Below are positions 1-8,732 of a DNA stretch of 64,000 bases, one piece after another (the first letter of the stretch is position 1; each line of letters begins with the position of its first letter). Origin of the DNA: Candidatus Omnitrophota bacterium (GTDB lineage: Bacteria; Omnitrophota; Gorgyraeia; Zapsychrales; Zapsychraceae); contig JAGOSC010000002.1 of the NCBI GenBank assembly GCA_018062515.1, forward strand, positions 20,807 to 84,806, in the 5' to 3' direction. Under the pieces are notes generated by a model, which searched no databases, was not told the origin of the DNA, and worked only from the letters and a program-made list of their open reading frames with translations. Both the position numbers and the translations under genes were made by a program.

Positions 1-571
1 CTATTATGACTCCACCCGTGTAAACTTAGGATTATTTCAGCAAGATGTAAATGTGATTTGGGATTTGGCCCCGCATGATTTTTCTATCCTCGATTACTTA
101 TTGATGAAAACTCCCACCAAGATCAGCGCCGTCGGAATTGATCATTTTGATCGCGGTATTGAAAATATTGCTTATGTCACCATGTATTTTCAAGAGAATC
201 TGATCGCCCATTTTAATTTTAATTGGTTGTCTCCCGTCAAAATGAGAAATACATTAATCGGCGGAAGTAAACGAATGCTCGTATGGGACGACTTACAGAC
301 CGACGAGAAACTTAAAATTTATGATAAAGGTGTTGATATTGATAGCAAAGAAGGAATTTATCGTTCACTGATCGATTACCGTTTGGGCGACATGCGCTCT
401 CCCCGGGTCGATCCAAGTGAAGCCCTCAAGCAGGAATTAATTTATTTAGTCAAATGCATTGAAAATAATCAAACGCCGATTAATGATGGGCATGCCGGAT
501 TAAGGGTTGTCCGCATGCTGGAAGCCACGGACGAATCCTTAAAACACGGCGGAAAGGTCATCAAAATATAA
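1..571 (+). CDS. Gfo/Idh/MocA-family oxidoreductase, C-terminal part (5' end lies upstream of the window)
   Basis: The frame stays open to base 2 with no start codon. The C-terminal alpha/beta-domain sequence resembles sugar dehydrogenases (memory-based), and the context is a sugar-nucleotide cluster. Confidence 0.5.
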   Translation, partial: YYDSTRVNLGLFQQDVNVIWDLAPHDFSILDYLLMKTPTKISAVGIDHFDRGIENIAYVTMYFQENLIAHFNFNWLSPVKMRNTLIGGSKRMLVWDDLQTDEKLKIYDKGVDIDSKEGIYRSLIDYRLGDMRSPRVDPSEALKQELIYLVKCIENNQTPINDGHAGLRVVRMLEATDESLKHGGKVIKI

Positions 572-572
572 T

Positions 573-1553
573 ATGGATATTAAAAACAGCCGAATCATGA
601 TTACCGGCGGAGCAGGATTTGTCGGTTCTTTTATCGTCGAGCAATTGCTGAATGAACAGGTCGAAAAGATTATTGTTCTGGATAATTTTTTCCGCGGGTC
701 AGACCGGAATATCCGGGAAGCCTTAGGAACGGGAAAGGTTCAGCTGATTAAAGGCGATATCCGCAATCTGCCGTTAATCATCGAATCACTCAGTGATATT
801 GATTTTTGTTTTCATTTGGCTGCGCTTCGTATCACGCATTGTGTCGCTGAGCCGAGAGAAGCATTGTCGACGATGTATGACGGAACATTTAATGTTTTAG
901 AGTCATGCGCGGATTATAAAGTTAAAAAGGTGATTCTGGCTTCCTCGGCATCCGTGTACGGGCAGGCTGATCAATTTCCGACGCCGGAGACACAGCATCC
1001 TTACAATAATTACACATTCTATGGCGCCGCCAAAATGGCCAATGAACTCATGTGCCGGTCTTTTTACAATATGTATGGGCTAAACTTTTTAGCGCTACGA
1101 TATTTTAATATTTACGGCCCGCGTATGGATACGTATGGGAAATATACAGAAGTATTAATCCGCTGGTATTATTTGATTAAAGAAGGAAAACAGCCTTTGA
1201 TTTACGGCGACGGGAAACAGACGATGGATTTTATTTATATCGGTGATATCGCCCGCGCCAGCATCCTCGCCCTTAAATCTGATGCGACAAATGAAGCCCT
1301 TAATATAGCCTATGGAAAAGAAACGTCCCTCGAGGAATTATGCCAAACACTTTTGGATGTGATGGAATCTGATTTGAAACCAAAATATGTTCCGCTTCCT
1401 GATGAACGGAATAAAGTTGAAGTCATGAGACGCTTAGCTGATGTGTCTAAGGCTCGACGGATGATCGGTTTTGAGGCGCACGTATCTTTAAAAGACGGAT
1501 TAAAAAGCCTGGTTAAATGGCTTGATGAACAACCGCATCCCATAACAATATGA
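573..1553 (+). CDS. NAD-dependent epimerase/dehydratase (extended SDR)
   Basis: N-terminal Rossmann motif ITGGAGFVGS and a YxxxK motif (YGAAKMANE), typical of UDP-sugar 4-epimerase or 4,6-dehydratase enzymes. Confidence 0.8.
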   Translation: MDIKNSRIMITGGAGFVGSFIVEQLLNEQVEKIIVLDNFFRGSDRNIREALGTGKVQLIKGDIRNLPLIIESLSDIDFCFHLAALRITHCVAEPREALSTMYDGTFNVLESCADYKVKKVILASSASVYGQADQFPTPETQHPYNNYTFYGAAKMANELMCRSFYNMYGLNFLALRYFNIYGPRMDTYGKYTEVLIRWYYLIKEGKQPLIYGDGKQTMDFIYIGDIARASILALKSDATNEALNIAYGKETSLEELCQTLLDVMESDLKPKYVPLPDERNKVEVMRRLADVSKARRMIGFEAHVSLKDGLKSLVKWLDEQPHPITI

Positions 1554-2803
1554 TTCCAGTCGCTAAACCATATTTAACCGACGATGAAGTTAAGGCCGCA
1601 CAAGAGGTCATCTTATCCGGATGGGTGACTCAAGGACCTAAGGTAGCGGAATTTGAAAACGCCTTCAAACAATTTGTCGGGGCGGAATATGCGTGCGCCA
1701 CATCGAACTGTACAACTGCTTTGCATTTGGCGTTGAAAGTATGCGGCGTCAGTCCTGGAGATGTGGTCATCACCGTCAGTCATTCGTTTATTGCCACGGC
1801 GAATGTCGTTCGTCAATGTTTAGCCGAACCGGTGTTTATTGATATTGATCCCAATACGTATAACATGTGTCCTCGTCGGTTAGAAAAATTTCTCCAAGAG
1901 GAATGTGAAACTCAACCCGACGGGTTGTATTTTAAAAATATTCATGAGTTGTCTTGTGAAGAGACTCCGCTGCATTATATTGAACAGCGTCAAGGCCGAA
2001 TTTCTGCAATTCTCGCCGTGCATCAAATGGGAATGCCGTGTAATCTTAATCAGATCCTTCCATTAGCCAAGAAATATAATTTACCCGTCGTTGAAGACGC
2101 GGCTTGCGCTATCGGAAGTGAGATTTTTTTTGATAACAGAATTATGTTCGAAAAAATCGGCCGGCCTCATGGCGATGTAGTCTGCTTTTCATTTCATCCC
2201 CGCAAGGTTATTACGACGGGGGAAGGTGGAATGATCACCACCAATAACGCCGAATATGACCGTAAATTCCGTTTGCTTAGGCATCAGGGAATGGATGTAT
2301 CCGACATTGCGCGTCACGAATCAAAAACAGTTCAATTTGAGCAATATACGACGACAGCTTACAATTATCGGATGACTGACATTCAAGCAGCTATTGGTTT
2401 AGAGCAGTTGAAAAAGTTGCCGAAGATTATTGAGCAAAGGCGGAAAATCGTTGAGATGTATAGACGGAAACTCAGTGATGTCGATTATTTTAGATTGATT
2501 GAAGAGCCGGCTTATTGCAAAACGAATTGGCAAAGTTTTCCAATCCGTGTCCTCGATTCATCACCTCGCAGCCGCGATGAGATTATGCAGTATTTGATGG
2601 ACCATGATATTGCTACCCGTCGGGGAATTATGAATATTCATCAAGAACAACCTTATTTGAATAAGATATGGCAATTGCCCGAATCAGAAGCCGCTCGAGA
2701 TCAAACGATCATTTTACCCGTTTATCATACCTTGTCGGAAAAAGCGGTGGATTTGATTGTTGAACAATTAAAGATGGCCATTTCCCAAGTTAATCATGGA
2801 TGA
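1550..2803 (+). CDS. DegT/DnrJ/EryC1/StrS-family PLP-dependent sugar aminotransferase
   Basis: The N-terminal ~50 aa are characteristic of the DegT family, the length fits (~417 aa), and the start overlaps the upstream gene by 4 nt. Confidence 0.8.
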   Translation: MIPVAKPYLTDDEVKAAQEVILSGWVTQGPKVAEFENAFKQFVGAEYACATSNCTTALHLALKVCGVSPGDVVITVSHSFIATANVVRQCLAEPVFIDIDPNTYNMCPRRLEKFLQEECETQPDGLYFKNIHELSCEETPLHYIEQRQGRISAILAVHQMGMPCNLNQILPLAKKYNLPVVEDAACAIGSEIFFDNRIMFEKIGRPHGDVVCFSFHPRKVITTGEGGMITTNNAEYDRKFRLLRHQGMDVSDIARHESKTVQFEQYTTTAYNYRMTDIQAAIGLEQLKKLPKIIEQRRKIVEMYRRKLSDVDYFRLIEEPAYCKTNWQSFPIRVLDSSPRSRDEIMQYLMDHDIATRRGIMNIHQEQPYLNKIWQLPESEAARDQTIILPVYHTLSEKAVDLIVEQLKMAISQVNHG

Positions 2804-3833
2804 TCAAACACTCATCACCAGCATAAAAAAAGCGGTTCAAGATCTTGAATTAGATTTATCGGGACGTATTGTTTTAACCGAAGCCGCCAATGGTCCGTAT
2901 TGCGTGACACCTTTGATCGCCGCTGTGGCGGGCGCGAAAGTGTACGCGGTCGGCCGAACGACAGCGTATGGAACAACGTCAGATATTTTTTCGGAATTGA
3001 ATCAAAGATTGAAGTTATTTAATTTAGATAATGTTCAAATGAGTGAATATCTCTCCGCCGAAATCATTCATCAGGCGGACATCATTACCAATTCAGGACA
3101 TTTAAGACCATTGGATGAGGATAAACTTCAGCACGTAAAAAAAGGGTGTGTGGTGGCATTAATGTACGAAGCCTGGGAAATACGTGAAGATGACCTTGAT
3201 TTAGATTATTGTCAAACATGGAAAATTCCTGTAGCGGCGGTTAATGAACGTCATCCTTTGGTGGGAGTATTTGATTATTTGGGCGACATGGCCGTGGAAT
3301 TAATCCGCCGGGCTGGTTTGACCGTCGAGAATAATACATTTATGTTGATTTGTAATAATGATTTTGGGCCGTACATCGCTCGCACCATCGTTCAACAAGG
3401 CGGCCGTTTGGGAGTTATTGATTCACCGCGTAATCGCGCTCAGTACGATAGCGGAGAGGTTTGGTTAACGGACCGGTTAGAAGATTTAAAAGATGATACA
3501 TTCCACGATTGCCAGGCCGTTATTTTTACGGCATATCCGTTTAATCAAATTTGGATTTCTGACCGGGCGAGTATTCCCGTCGATCAATTAAAAAAACAAT
3601 TTCCGAATGCGGTTTTATTGAGATTTGCCGGCGACGTGGATACCAGAGCGCTGGACCGCGAGGGAATAAGATATTTTCCTCAAGATGTTAAGAGCGGACA
3701 TATGGGAATTCTCCCGTCGGATATCGGTTATGAACCGGTGATTCGCCTTCAGGCTGGAGGATTGAAAGCGGCGCAGGCCTTTTTGGAAAACCGGATGACG
3801 CTCAATAATGAAATTATTTGTACTATTGTTTAA
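2796..3833 (+). CDS. hypothetical protein in the glycan cassette (possible nucleotide-binding fold)
   Basis: 345-aa ORF overlapping both neighbours. The N-terminal segment VLTEAANGPYCVTPLIAAVAGAKVYAVG looks glycine-rich and Rossmann-like. I recognise no family. Confidence 0.4.
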   Translation: MDDQTLITSIKKAVQDLELDLSGRIVLTEAANGPYCVTPLIAAVAGAKVYAVGRTTAYGTTSDIFSELNQRLKLFNLDNVQMSEYLSAEIIHQADIITNSGHLRPLDEDKLQHVKKGCVVALMYEAWEIREDDLDLDYCQTWKIPVAAVNERHPLVGVFDYLGDMAVELIRRAGLTVENNTFMLICNNDFGPYIARTIVQQGGRLGVIDSPRNRAQYDSGEVWLTDRLEDLKDDTFHDCQAVIFTAYPFNQIWISDRASIPVDQLKKQFPNAVLLRFAGDVDTRALDREGIRYFPQDVKSGHMGILPSDIGYEPVIRLQAGGLKAAQAFLENRMTLNNEIICTIV

Positions 3834-3845
3834 ATCAGGACATTC

Positions 3846-4232
3846 ATGAAATTTCATCATATCGGAATTATTTGCAAAGATATTGATGCTGAGCTTAGGG
3901 CTTTAAGAAAAATTCATCTGGTGAATCATGAAAGCGCCGTAATCTATGATGAACTTCAAGATGCCAATCTCTGTATCATTAACGTCGACGATGGGACGAA
4001 TTTGGAATTGATATCCGGCCCTAAGGTGAACGGGCTTCTCGATAAAGGAATCCGATACGCACATGTCTGTTACGAGGTTCATGATTTGAATCAAGCTATC
4101 GAAGAGTTAAGAACAAAGGGTGCGGTATTGGTCAGCGCCCCAAAACCAGCTAAATTATTTAATCTGCGTCGGGTAGCTTTTTTATATGTATCTTATGGGT
4201 TAATCGAATTGATCGAGGAAAACAATGAATAA
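3846..4232 (+). CDS. VOC (glyoxalase / methylmalonyl-CoA epimerase-like) family protein
   Basis: N-terminus MKFHHIGIICKDID is a typical VOC beta-alpha-beta-beta-beta start with His and Glu metal ligands; 128 aa. Confidence 0.5.
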   Translation: MKFHHIGIICKDIDAELRALRKIHLVNHESAVIYDELQDANLCIINVDDGTNLELISGPKVNGLLDKGIRYAHVCYEVHDLNQAIEELRTKGAVLVSAPKPAKLFNLRRVAFLYVSYGLIELIEENNE

Positions 4233-5877
4233 AATTGCGATTTTAAGCAATGTTAATATGGATCCGATTAAATCGCAGTGGGAAAAGGCAGGACTAGGCG
4301 CTCCTTATTTGGCTCCCTTTGGACAATACATGCAGCAATTGATCGATGAAAAGTCAAATACTAATCATACGGATAATCATTATATTTGGTTACATCTCGA
4401 CGCTGAAGAATTTTTAAAAGATAATTATTATCAGCTTCCGGATGAGCAAAAAATAATTGACTCATTTGAAACGCTTTTGAGTGTTGCCGGTAAATGGACG
4501 GAACAAAATCCAAATAAAATATTGATTATTTCATCGTTTGTTTTTCCTTCTCATGCGGTAATTAATTTCCTCGATTTTAATTCTACATATTCTTTTTCAC
4601 GAATTGAGAATGAATTCACACGGCTTCTGCAGAATTTTGTTCTATCATGCGATAATGTTTTGCAGCTCGATTTTCATCGTATCGTCAAGCAATTTGGATT
4701 TGACGCTTTATCTGACGAGAAATATTGGTATTTAGGACGCATCAAATACACTGAACTCGGTTTCGCTGCCCTTTTCCAGGAATTTAACGCCCTGATCAGG
4801 GCTCATGAAGGAAAATCGTGCAAGCTATTAGTCTGTGATTTGGATAACGTGTTGTGGGGAGGAATCGTCGGAGAGGAAGGACCGACAGGCATCATTTTAT
4901 CTGAAGAGGGTGTAGGAAAGGTTTTTCGCGATTTTCAAAAAACCCTAAAAGCTTTAAAAAAACAAGGTGTATTATTGGCCATCAATTCTAAAAATAATGA
5001 AAATGATGTTAAAGAAGTTTTTGAAAAAAATTCAATGATGATATTAACTTGGGATGATTTTATCGTGACTAAAGTCAACTGGAACAGTAAGTCCGATAAT
5101 TTATTTCGCACAGCGTCTGACTTAAATATAGGTCTGGATTCAATGGTCATGATCGACGATTCAGCTCAAGAAAGGCATATGATTCGAAAAGCCTTGCCGC
5201 AGGTCATCGTTCCCGAATTTCCGCAAAATATCGCGCTATTAAAAAAATGGCTGATTCGTGATGTTGTTTATCCGTATTTTGGGAAAACAAAATTGACGGT
5301 TGAGGACAAAAATAAAGAACAGCAGTATAAAAGTAAAATCAAGAGGGATTCTTTGTCCAAAAAATTGGATATCGGGGAATATATAAAGTCTTTGAATATT
5401 CAGTTGGATATTTTGAAAAATTCGGATAATGATTTAGAGCGGATCGCGCAATTAACTCAAAAAACGAATCAGTTTAACTTGACCACAAAGCGTTATCAGG
5501 CTCATGAAATAAAGGCTCTCATCACAAACGGCGAGGCAGGCATTTACGGCCTTCGTTATCGGGATCAATTCGGAGATGAAGGTGTCGTTGGAGCGGCCAT
5601 TGTAAGATATGCGGCTGACATCGCTGCAGTAGATACTTTTTTATTGAGTTGCCGGATTTTAGGACGAGATGTTGAGTTTCAATTTATGCAAATGATGTTA
5701 ACGGATTTGGCTCAGAACGGAATTAGTGAACTGCTTGCGGAATTTATTCCGACAACTAAGAATAATTTGGCCGAGAAATTTTTTGTTCAATGCGGATTTG
5801 ATGAAATAGAATCTAAGCGTTACAAAGCACAGATCACAAGATTAATTCGTAAGATGAACGCAGCAACTATTAAATAA
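4225..5877 (+). CDS. FkbH-like HAD-superfamily (subfamily IIIC) phosphatase domain protein
   Basis: HAD motif I embedded in LLVCDLDNVLWGG, and later MIDDS; the ~550-aa length is typical of FkbH. It is followed directly by an ACP gene. Confidence 0.65.
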   Translation: MNKIAILSNVNMDPIKSQWEKAGLGAPYLAPFGQYMQQLIDEKSNTNHTDNHYIWLHLDAEEFLKDNYYQLPDEQKIIDSFETLLSVAGKWTEQNPNKILIISSFVFPSHAVINFLDFNSTYSFSRIENEFTRLLQNFVLSCDNVLQLDFHRIVKQFGFDALSDEKYWYLGRIKYTELGFAALFQEFNALIRAHEGKSCKLLVCDLDNVLWGGIVGEEGPTGIILSEEGVGKVFRDFQKTLKALKKQGVLLAINSKNNENDVKEVFEKNSMMILTWDDFIVTKVNWNSKSDNLFRTASDLNIGLDSMVMIDDSAQERHMIRKALPQVIVPEFPQNIALLKKWLIRDVVYPYFGKTKLTVEDKNKEQQYKSKIKRDSLSKKLDIGEYIKSLNIQLDILKNSDNDLERIAQLTQKTNQFNLTTKRYQAHEIKALITNGEAGIYGLRYRDQFGDEGVVGAAIVRYAADIAAVDTFLLSCRILGRDVEFQFMQMMLTDLAQNGISELLAEFIPTTKNNLAEKFFVQCGFDEIESKRYKAQITRLIRKMNAATIK

Positions 5878-6119
5878 TGGACAGAAAAAACATTACAGAA
5901 AAAACGATTGAACTTGTGTCTTTAATATTTAAAGAAGATAAGGCCGCGCTTAATTTGGAAACGGAGTTAAGTCATATTAAAAATTTTGATTCTTTGGAAC
6001 AATTAAATTTGTTTTTGAAAATCGAACAAGAATTTAAAACCAATTTCGATATGCAGGAACTTGTGCGTATGAAAAAAATTAAAGACATCGTCGACGGTAT
6101 AGCGGTACGGAAATTATGA
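5877..6119 (+). CDS. acyl carrier protein
   Basis: 80 aa with a DSLEQL phosphopantetheine-attachment serine motif; start overlaps the FkbH stop. Confidence 0.7.
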   Translation: MDRKNITEKTIELVSLIFKEDKAALNLETELSHIKNFDSLEQLNLFLKIEQEFKTNFDMQELVRMKKIKDIVDGIAVRKL

Positions 6120-6664
6120 TTTTTAAAGAAGTTATCCAGGGGAAGAATATTCGTTTGCGTTCCGCTGAGGAAAAAGACGCTGCGTTTATCGTCGAATTAC
6201 GGCTGAACCCGCGGATTCGAGGGTTTATAGGGAAAACAGACCCGTCGGTCGAAAAGCAGGAACAATGGATTGAAGAAAAACGCGCGTTATCCAATGATTA
6301 TCATATGATTATTGAGAGCCTCGACGGAACATCACAAGGGACCATTGCGGTTTATGATATTGATTTTGTTCACAAACGGGCGGAATGGGGACGATGGGTC
6401 ATTCAGGAAAATGCCGGTTTTTTTATCGCATTTGAATCAGCGGTTTTAATGTATCATTTTGCGTTTAATACATTAAACTTGAAGGAATTGTATTTCGGCG
6501 TTCAAAATCAAAATACAAAGGTAATTAATTTTCATAAAGAATTTGGTTCAAAAATTACCAAACAAGATCATAAAGAAATATGGTTTACGTTTGATCAAAC
6601 TTGTCTGGATCAAGTTTTAAGAAAATATAGGCCTTTTCATTCCCTACCGATAAAGGAAAATTAG
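6116..6664 (+). CDS. GNAT-family N-acetyltransferase
   Basis: 182 aa; acyl-CoA N-acyltransferase-like pattern (RimL-like), 4-nt overlap with the ACP gene. Confidence 0.55.
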   Translation: MIFKEVIQGKNIRLRSAEEKDAAFIVELRLNPRIRGFIGKTDPSVEKQEQWIEEKRALSNDYHMIIESLDGTSQGTIAVYDIDFVHKRAEWGRWVIQENAGFFIAFESAVLMYHFAFNTLNLKELYFGVQNQNTKVINFHKEFGSKITKQDHKEIWFTFDQTCLDQVLRKYRPFHSLPIKEN

Positions 6665-6665
6665 C

Positions 6666-7589
6666 ATGAGTACGAATTACGATATCACGATCATCATTCC
6701 TTGTTTTAATGAAGAAAATAATATCGAAGCGTTAACCGCTGAATTAAATCGCAGTTTATCGATGATGAATAACGTGAAATGTGAAGTTATTTTTGTAGAT
6801 GACGGTTCCGTCGACGGGACTTTTGAAAGGCTCAAACAGGCTCAACATAAAGGATATTCCTCTAAAATCATTCGTTTTTCCAGAAATTTCGGGTCACACG
6901 CCGCCATGTCTGCGGGAATACACGCTTCACAAGGCCTTTACACAACTCATTTAGCGGCCGATTTACAATATTCTCCCGACGTCATCAGCCGTTTGTACCA
7001 AAAATGTTTGGAAGGTTATGACCTGGTCCGTTTAGAACGGGAATCTTCCGGGGATCCTTTTTTAAAAAGAATGGGTTCAAAAATGTATGCCGCTTTAATA
7101 CGAACGTATGTTTGCCCGAATTATCCGCCGAACGGTTTTGATGTCATTATGTTCCATGAAAAAGTTCGTAATCAGATTAAGAACCACGTTGAAGCAAATA
7201 CGTCCATATTAATTCGATTAATATCGATGGGTTTTAAACAAACCGGTATTTTCGGCGTTAAAGTGAAGCGAGAAAGAGGAAAATCGAAATGGACATGGCA
7301 GAAAAATATTAAGCTTCTCATTGATTCATTTGTATCGTTTTCTTATATTCCTATACGTTGCATTAGTTTGGCGGGATTAGTTTTTTTAGTTTTTGGAATT
7401 TTGTATCTCATTAAAGTTTTGTTCGTCGGAGAAACATCTGTTCAACAAATTATTTTGGTTGTTTTATTAATGGGATTTGGCGTGACTAACATGGCGCTGG
7501 GAATTTTAGGTGAATATGTATGGAGAACATTCGACGCTGTTAGCCCTAACAAAGCATTTGTTATCGATTCAACGATTGAATTGAGTTAA
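6666..7589 (+). CDS. GT2 polyprenyl-phosphate glycosyltransferase (GtrB/ArnC-like)
   Basis: N-terminus ITIIIPCFNEE followed by a VDDGSVDGT DxD motif, plus two C-terminal transmembrane helices as in GtrB or dolichol-P-mannose synthase-like enzymes. Confidence 0.75.
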   Translation: MSTNYDITIIIPCFNEENNIEALTAELNRSLSMMNNVKCEVIFVDDGSVDGTFERLKQAQHKGYSSKIIRFSRNFGSHAAMSAGIHASQGLYTTHLAADLQYSPDVISRLYQKCLEGYDLVRLERESSGDPFLKRMGSKMYAALIRTYVCPNYPPNGFDVIMFHEKVRNQIKNHVEANTSILIRLISMGFKQTGIFGVKVKRERGKSKWTWQKNIKLLIDSFVSFSYIPIRCISLAGLVFLVFGILYLIKVLFVGETSVQQIILVVLLMGFGVTNMALGILGEYVWRTFDAVSPNKAFVIDSTIELS

Positions 7590-7591
7590 AA

Positions 7592-8320
7592 ATGGATTTT
7601 AAAAAAGAAAAAAAAATATTAGAGCAAATTGCGAATAAGTATCACGATGACAATCCAGGTCGGGCGATTAATCGGAAAATCATGATGATGGTGGTGAGGC
7701 AGGTGATGCCGTGGATTAACGGCCCCGACGTATTGGAAATGGGTTTTGGTGAAGATGCTTGGACCGCGAACATTATTAAAAAGTTCGGAAAATCCAGCAT
7801 CGTCGATGCGTCGGAAATCTTGTTGAAACAAGCCCGGGGAAAATATGGGAAGAAAATCATCGCTTTTCATAATTTGTTCGAAGAGTTTGAACCGCCGGTC
7901 AAATATGATTCTATTATTGCTTCTTTTATTTTGGAGCATGTGGAAAATCCCATCGAGATTTTAAAAAAAGCTAAGTCTTGGCTTAAACCGAAAGGCCAAA
8001 TCATTGTGATTGTCCCTAACGCTAATTCTTTTCATCGCCGGGTGGCTGTTGAGATGAAACTCCACAAGAAAGTTAATGATATCGGTAGGACAGATAAGCA
8101 GATAGGCCACCGTCGAGTTTATACCGTTGTCGCGATGAAAAAAGATATCACCTCGGCGGGATTGAAAATTAAGGGGAAAAAAGGCCTTTTTCTAAAATTT
8201 TTGCCGCAGGATATGATGACTGGTTTTAGCGATGATTTGTTGATGGGATTTATGAAATTGGGTGAAAACATTCCGATGGAAGACTGTGCGACAATAGCGT
8301 TTGATTGCCGCATAAAATAA
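7592..8320 (+). CDS. class I SAM-dependent methyltransferase
   Basis: Motif I VLEMGFGEDA and post-I acidic residue; 242 aa. Confidence 0.65.
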   Translation: MDFKKEKKILEQIANKYHDDNPGRAINRKIMMMVVRQVMPWINGPDVLEMGFGEDAWTANIIKKFGKSSIVDASEILLKQARGKYGKKIIAFHNLFEEFEPPVKYDSIIASFILEHVENPIEILKKAKSWLKPKGQIIVIVPNANSFHRRVAVEMKLHKKVNDIGRTDKQIGHRRVYTVVAMKKDITSAGLKIKGKKGLFLKFLPQDMMTGFSDDLLMGFMKLGENIPMEDCATIAFDCRIK

Positions 8321-8353
8321 TATTTAATTAATCAGCTAAAGATAAGGAACCGC

Positions 8354-8677
8354 ATGGCTACTATTGAAGATTTTCTTAAATTGGAATTTAAAGTGGCTCA
8401 AATTAAAGAAGCCAAAAACCATCCCAATGCGGATCGGCTTTTTGTGTTAAAAATTGATTTGGGTGGCGGTGATGAACGTCAGCTTGTCGCTGGTATACGT
8501 TCCACTTATACGGCCGAACAATTAGTCGGCAAAAGAATCGTTGTCATTGCCAACCTCGAACCCGCTGTTTTGCGCGGTGAGGAATCACAAGGCATGCTTT
8601 TAGCCGCTTCCGATGAAAATGGGCCGGTGATAATCAGTCCGGAAAAAGACGTGGCCTTAGGCAGTCGCGTGAAATAG
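8354..8677 (+). CDS. CsaA/Trbp111-like tRNA-binding domain protein
   Basis: EFKVAQIKEAKNHPNADRLFVLKIDLGG is the EMAP/MetRS C-terminal-like tRNA-binding OB-fold signature. Confidence 0.7.
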   Translation: MATIEDFLKLEFKVAQIKEAKNHPNADRLFVLKIDLGGGDERQLVAGIRSTYTAEQLVGKRIVVIANLEPAVLRGEESQGMLLAASDENGPVIISPEKDVALGSRVK

Positions 8678-8694
8678 TCCTGTCTGATCCTTTC

Positions 8695-8723
8695 TTGACA
8701 ATTTCCTTCAATAACCGTACAAT
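8695..8723 (+). promoter_or_regulatory. sigma70-like promoter TTGACA-17-TACAAT; the pabB ATG lies 9 nt downstream, implying a leaderless or near-leaderless mRNA
   Basis: TTGACA at 8695-8700, 17-nt spacer, TACAAT at 8718-8723; ATG at 8733. Confidence 0.5.
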
Positions 8724-8732
8724 GTCGGTACG

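Noticed and set aside
1310-1543. 77-aa minus-strand ORF inside the epimerase/dehydratase gene (similarly 1613-1816, 3615-3860, 3903-4094)
   Set aside because: Fully embedded antisense ORFs with no motifs; the sense genes are well supported.
7619-7939. Antisense 106-aa ORF with an HHHHH run, and 7642-7860, opposite the methyltransferase gene
   Set aside because: They overlap a CDS with clear SAM-methyltransferase motifs. They are antisense stop-free stretches typical of AT-rich sense genes.
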